A stretch of DNA of 64,000 bases, taken from positions 211,668,001 to 211,732,000 of the forward strand of contig OZ024743.1 in NCBI GenBank assembly GCA_964016885.1, written 5' to 3'. A model generated the notes under the pieces. The model had not been told where the DNA came from and did not search any database. It saw only the letters and a program-made list of their open reading frames with translations. The DNA is from Eledone cirrhosa (lineage: Eukaryota). This document shows positions 63,051 to 64,000 of this stretch, in pieces. The first letter of the stretch is position 1, and every line of letters starts with the position of its first letter. The position numbers and the translations under genes were made by a program.

Positions 63051-64000
63051 CGATGCGACCAGGGGCGGCCGGCCCGCGATTGAAAAGGTAACTCCGCCGG
63101 CAAATCGTCATTTTTGGATTCGTTTTCTTCGAAGCACACCATTCGCCGGCGGACTTTGTTGACGTTTAACACGGTTTGGTTCCACAGCCACAACTATTGA
63201 TTTTAAGGAGATATCTTGCTGAAATTCACGCCACACATAGCCAATGAGTGTCTGCACATTTACCAGTAATTACAGATCGATCCGACCACGGGCGGCCGGC
63301 CCGCGATTGAAAAGGTAACTCCGCCGGCAAATCGTCATTTTCGGATTCGTTTTCTTCGAAGCACACCATTCGCCGGCGGACTTCAGCTGCCTCATTTAGC
63401 ATGGGCAGTTTTTCTTGAAGATCACACCACACACAGCCAATGAGTGTCTGCACATGTACCAGTAATTACAGATGGATCCCACCACGGGCGGCCGGCCCAC
63501 AATCGAAAAGGTTACTCCGCCTGCAAATCGTCATTTTCGGATTCGTTTTCTTCGAAGCACACCATTCGCCGGCGGACTTCAGCTGCCTCATTTAGCATGG
63601 GCAGTTTTTCTTGAAGATCACACCACACACAGCCAATGAGTGTCTGCACATGTACCAGTAATTAGAGATCGATCCGACCACGGGCGGCCGGCCCACGATC
63701 GAGAAAAAGGTAACTCCGCCGGCAAATCGTCATTTTTGTGATCCGTTTTCTTCGAAGCACACCATTCGCTGCCGGACTTCAGCTGCCTCATTTAGCATGG
63801 GCAGTTTTTTTTGAAAATCACACCACACACAACCAATGTGTGTCTGCACATGTACCAGTAATTACAGATCGATCCGACCAGGGGCGGCCAGCCCGCGATT
63901 GAAAAGGTAACTCCGCCGGCAAATCGTCATTTTTGTGATTCGTTTTCTTCGAAGCACACCATTCGCCGGCGGACTTTGTTGACGTTTAACACGGTTTGGT

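Larger units (their letters stand above)
1..64000. repeat. Tandem satellite DNA array with higher-order repeat organisation (monomers 168-228 bp, mean ~198 bp); runs off both window edges
   Basis: The anchor 'tgtctgcacatgtaccagtaattacagatcgatcc' recurs throughout in one orientation. Its 'catgtaccag' starts at 21, 218, 386, 613, 810, 1006, 1206, 1403, 1571, 1799, 1995, 2195 and so on to 63849. Identical short ORFs recur at fixed offsets across the window. No non-repeat sequence was seen. Confidence 0.99.

Noticed and set aside
355-63453. Recurrent 63-90 aa ORFs (MIRFLRSTPF..., MWLWNQTVLN..., MQTLIGYVWR...)
   Set aside because: They are short, overlap on both strands and several use non-ATG starts. 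They span monomer junctions, open and close with single SNVs or monomer order, and resemble no protein family I know. They are chance frames of the satellite.
1-64000. CRISPR-like alternation of a constant anchor with variable intervening sequence
   Set aside because: The intervening segments are 120-180 bp and are themselves repeated many times in only a few versions. There are no unique spacers, leader or cas genes.

Overview
The whole 64-kb window is one uninterrupted, head-to-tail, single-orientation tandem satellite array of roughly 320 monomers (estimated from 64 kb / ~198 bp). I saw no unique sequence, inversion or transposon insertion, and I can support no gene: the ORF track is the same few 63-90 aa chance frames repeated with the satellite. 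Measured between successive 'catgtaccagtaatta' anchors, the monomers fall into five classes: A/A' 197 bp, D 196 bp, E 200 bp, B 168 bp and C 227/228 bp. They are built from two alternative left modules (L1, L2) and two alternative right modules (R1, R2) joined at a 'gactt' pentamer. Monomers form higher-order repeats (HORs): a 989-bp 5-mer and a 1185-bp 6-mer, together a 2174-bp 11-mer. These are re-amplified in nested local duplications of 761, 1382, 1579, 1671, 1977, 2036, 2630, 3162, 3955 and 6351 bp, most carrying their own diagnostic SNVs. This organisation resembles a eukaryotic centromeric or pericentromeric satellite (inference). I do not recognise the family or the organism. The most notable observations are the modular chimeric monomers, the length compensation to ~396 bp per dimer, and a CENP-B-box-like 17-mer whose best-matching form is restricted to a subset of monomers.
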